Below, piece by piece: positions 60,362 through 64,000 of a stretch of DNA of 64,000 bases (within the stretch, counting starts at the first letter, position 1; the number at the start of each line of letters is the position of its first letter). This stretch comes from Sedimentisphaerales bacterium (GTDB lineage: Bacteria; Planctomycetota; Phycisphaerae; Sedimentisphaerales; Anaerobacaceae), in assembly GCA_963708075.1 (NCBI GenBank), contig OY970194.1:480001-544000 (forward strand), read 5' to 3'. The position numbers were made by a program, and so were the translations under genes. Under the pieces are notes generated by a model. It made no database searches. It was not told the origin of the DNA and worked only from the letters and a program-made list of their open reading frames with translations.

Positions 60362-63300
60362 ATGACTGTGGGGAACAATCTACGAGTTCGGTTGATCGCC
60401 TGGATATGTGTGGCAGCCTTTGGCTTTGAGGCTCAGGCCGCAGAACAGTCTGCACCTCAGGCAGATGGCCTCGCGACAGCCAAAGCAGCGGAGCCTGAAG
60501 CTCATGGTGCCTCCGGAATCGAGATCGACCAAGTCCAGATTACCTGCCACATCGACGGCCGGCAACTGGCCGTGACCGTGGATTTCGAGGCCCGCACGAA
60601 GGAGGCGTGGCGCAGGATGGTCCTGCTCCAGGGCGATGCCGTGCTGGACAAGCTCGACCCCCAGCCGGACGCCGGCCAGATCAGTCGAGTCGGGGGTACG
60701 CAACTGGAGTACGATCCGAATGATAGGGCATATCATGTCACTTGGCCCGAGCCGGGCCGTCACAACGTGAATGCGACGTTCATGGCTCAGAGCGCCACCG
60801 AGCCCAACGGTCCCTGGCGCCAGGCGAGCCTCCAGGTCCCCGGCGGCCGCGTGCGTCAGATCCGCCTGGTCTCCAGCCGGCCCGAGCTCGAAGTTCAGTT
60901 GCTCGGGGCGCTGCGCGTCCAGCGTCGCGTCGACCAGGGCCAGTTGATCGTAGAGGCGATGCTCGGCCCTCGCGAGCCGCTGCGAATCCGGTGGAAGCCG
61001 CAGGTGCAGTTGGCCGACGCCAAGCTTGTGCTGTCGAGCCAGACCAACACGATTGCGGACGTGCGGGCCGGCATGATACAGATCGACGCCCTCTTCGATT
61101 TCGAGGTCGTGCAGGGCAGGCTTGAAATGCTGACCTTCAACGTGCCGGCCGGCCTGAGCATCACGGCCGTGCACGGAGCGTCCATCCGCACCTGGGTCCT
61201 CGGCGACAAATCAACGGACGGCGTTCGGCCGCTCCGAGTGGAGCTGAGTCGACCCCAGGACAGGAACTACCGCCTGCGCATCCATGCGGAAGTCGCGATG
61301 GACTCCCTGCCATCCACGGTGGAGGTGCCGGCTATCGAGCCGACGGGTGACATCCGCGCCAGCGGCCATCTGGCCGTCGGGACCAACAGCGCCCTGCAAC
61401 TGGTCGTGCAGGAGTCGTCCGGATTGACGCAGGTTGATGCCGCCGCCTTCCCGCGTGTCGAGGCTCAGGATGTCCAGAGCAGATCCATTCCCCAGGGCAA
61501 GGCATTCTTCTACACCTATGCCGGAAGCCGGTACCGTCTGCGTCTTGTGGTGGACGATATCGTGCCGACTTGCGAAGTGGCAGGACGTCTCGTCGCCAGG
61601 GTAAAGGAGGACGATCTGGTGGTGGACGCGGAACTGGAGCTCGACGTGCGGGATGCGCCCGTGCGGCAATTGGAGATCGTGGCGGCGGCAGGATTAATGG
61701 TCGCCGCGGTGGATGGGAATCAAGTAGAGGATTACCGCCTGTCAGACGCCTCAGCCGCCGGGCCGGCCGTGTCGTCAGGAGCTGGAAGCGCAAAGCGCCA
61801 GACGGTCCGCGTGATCTTCAAGGAACCCGTGATCGGCCGGACGCTGCTCCACCTGCGCCTGGAGTTGGGACGTGGCCCACTCGGTGAGCCACAGAGCATC
61901 CCCGCCCTCCAGGTGGTCGGTGCCAAGACGCAGCGCGGCTACGCGGTCGTCGCGGCGGACCCTGGAATCGAGATCGATCCGCCACAGGTGCAGAATCTGC
62001 GCGAGGTCCACACGGCCTCCGTACCCATGCGCGTGGCCCAGGCCCAATATGCGTACCGTTTTCGCGACGCGGACTGGACGTTGAGCTTGACGGCCCGGCG
62101 CCGGCCTGCGGAGATTCGGGCGGAGGTCTTCCATCTCCAGTCAGTCGCCGATGCCTTGGCTTATGGGTCGGCCGTGGTCAACTACGTCATCACCGGCTCG
62201 CCACTGGATGAATTGAAGTTCCGTCTGCCCAAGACTTTTGAGAACGTCGAGTTCGTCGGCCGGGATGTACGCCGATACGTGCAGCAGGATGACGGCTGGG
62301 TGGTCAAGCTCACTCGAAAGGTCCTGGGCGATTACAGCCTGGCCGTGACCTACACGCAGCGATACGACCCGGGTCAGCCCGTTCAGCTCGGCGCCCTGCA
62401 CTGCCAGGACGTGCAGACCCAGACCGGCTATGTGGTGGTGACGAGTCATCTCGATCTAAGGCTGCAACTGGCCTCCGATCAGGCGAGCGGCCAGGCAGGA
62501 TTGCTGCTCATTGCGCTCGACGAGCTGCCCGGCGATTATCGCCTGCTTACCAGCAGTCCCATCCTGGCCGCCTACAAGTACGTTGCCGAGCCGCACACGG
62601 CTTCACTCACCATCGATCCGTATCAGCGAAGCGGGCTGCTGCCTGTGATAGTGGATATTGCGGATCTGCAGACCAAGCTCGCGGTCCGCCCAGATAAGCA
62701 GATCGAGTCGCTGACAACTGTCCGCTACAAGGTGAAGAATACGACCGGGCAGTTCCTGGCTCTCACACTGCCTGCCGGCGCGGGTCTGGGCCGTGTCGCA
62801 GGTCGAACTGGGGCCTGATGGGAGGGAACAATCGACTCGCCTGGCTGCGTCCCAGGATCAGGACAGCGGGCAACTGCTGATTCCATTGTGCCGCCAGGTG
62901 AATCCCAACGATCCGGCAACTATTGAGCTGGAGTACGGCCAGGTGCACGAGAGCAGCGCATGGTGGACGCGTACGGTGGACCTTGCTGCGCCTCGTTGCG
63001 CCGTGCCCATCGCTTATGCCGATTGGCAGATCATCGTTCCGGACCGCTGGGCGGTCACCCAGGCCGGCGGCAACATGCAGGCTCCACCTCGGGCACAGAG
63101 TCGTACGGGTCTTGCGGCGCTGGCCGAGCGGGTTGCTTCGCTTTGGGAAAGGGCCTTGGGCCGTGCGCCGGCAAACGAGGCACTCTGGCTATTCGCCGGG
63201 GCGATGGCAATTCTGATTGCCATCCTCGCGGCCTTCCGGCGTCGCCGCGTGCCCGACCTGATTGTGTTGACAGTGCTGGTGCTGGCTCTATGGATCGGCA

Positions 63301-64000
63301 TCGAGGCGGCGATGGGTCAGATGGCTCGACCGGAGCCGTTGACGGTGCTGAACTGTGCACAGGCGGTCAATGCGGACCCCGATAAGGCGCTTCAAGTGAG
63401 TGTCGATCTCGTTCCCGCCTGGCGTCAGGATGTCCGGGCCTCCGATGCCGTTGGGGCAATTGCCGTCGTCATCGCCGGGCTGGGCCTGACCCTTGGACGG
63501 CGTTTGCGCAAAGTCGCTCTGGCGGCTGTGGCGACGGCGCTGCTATATCTGGCCGCGAAGATGCCGGTCACGTGGCCTGTGCTCAAAGCCGTGACGACAT
63601 GGCTTGTGCCCGCCGCCGCGGCGATGTGGTTCGTGTATAGGTCATGGCGAGCTTCGGCGAGGCCAATCCCCGCAAAAGCCGTGGCGGTGATGTTGATCCT
63701 GCTTGTCGCGTGCCTGAGCGGCGGATGCTCTGCAATCGCGTCCGGTGCTCGGTTGTCCGCAAGCCATTCCACGATCGAACGGGTCGAGTGCTCTCTTTCC
63801 GCCGGCACGGACAGCATGGAGCTGAAATACAACCTTCGTATTCGCGCGGATCGGCCGTCGCGTTTCCCGCTTCTGGAGGAGTCCGCCGTACTGACCTCGC
63901 CGGCCAAGCTCGGTGCCCATGTGACCCTTCTCGCGGAGAACGGCAAGCATATCTTGGATGTGGACAAGCCCGGAGCCTACAACGTGGAGGCTGTGTTCCT
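60362..64000 (+). CDS. Giant secreted/multi-TM hypothetical protein, frameshift at ~62785, runs off the window
   Basis: Signal peptide, beta-rich modules; the frame beginning VWAVSQ at 62784 stays open to 64000 with several TM helices. Confidence 0.7.

Overview
GC-rich bacterial chromosome segment. Tat-exported sulfatase and sugar enzymes, a PEP-CTERM-like protein, DUF1080, CotH, ECF sigma factors and heptamer/REP-rich intergenic DNA suggest a Planctomycetota genome, probably Phycisphaerae/Sedimentisphaerales (inference). Housekeeping genes (rpmA, obgE, coaX, an mnmE-like GTPase, mutS, asnA, purD) alternate with accessory DNA. Main points of interest: (1) a ~3 kb lower-GC candidate anti-phage island (DUF2188, a coupled DUF5343 + Swt1-like HEPN pair, a hypothetical protein, a TIR protein), bracketed by a 115-bp inverted repeat and opposed REP clusters and followed by a Cys-rich HNH-AP2 nuclease; (2) a DUF1817/CRR6-like + HsdR_N nuclease fusion beside an orphan MNT; (3) two MITE families with GGGT...ACCC ends and 8-bp target-site duplications that carry REP cargo; (4) seven copies of a 17-bp repeat with variable spacers near a truncated RAYT; (5) a lipoprotein built of 53-aa coiled-coil repeats; (6) an ornithine decarboxylase + DHS-like polyamine operon. 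About seven single-indel frameshifts suggest uncorrected assembly errors. No tRNA, rRNA or true CRISPR-cas was seen. All domain calls are from motif recognition by eye, not database searches.
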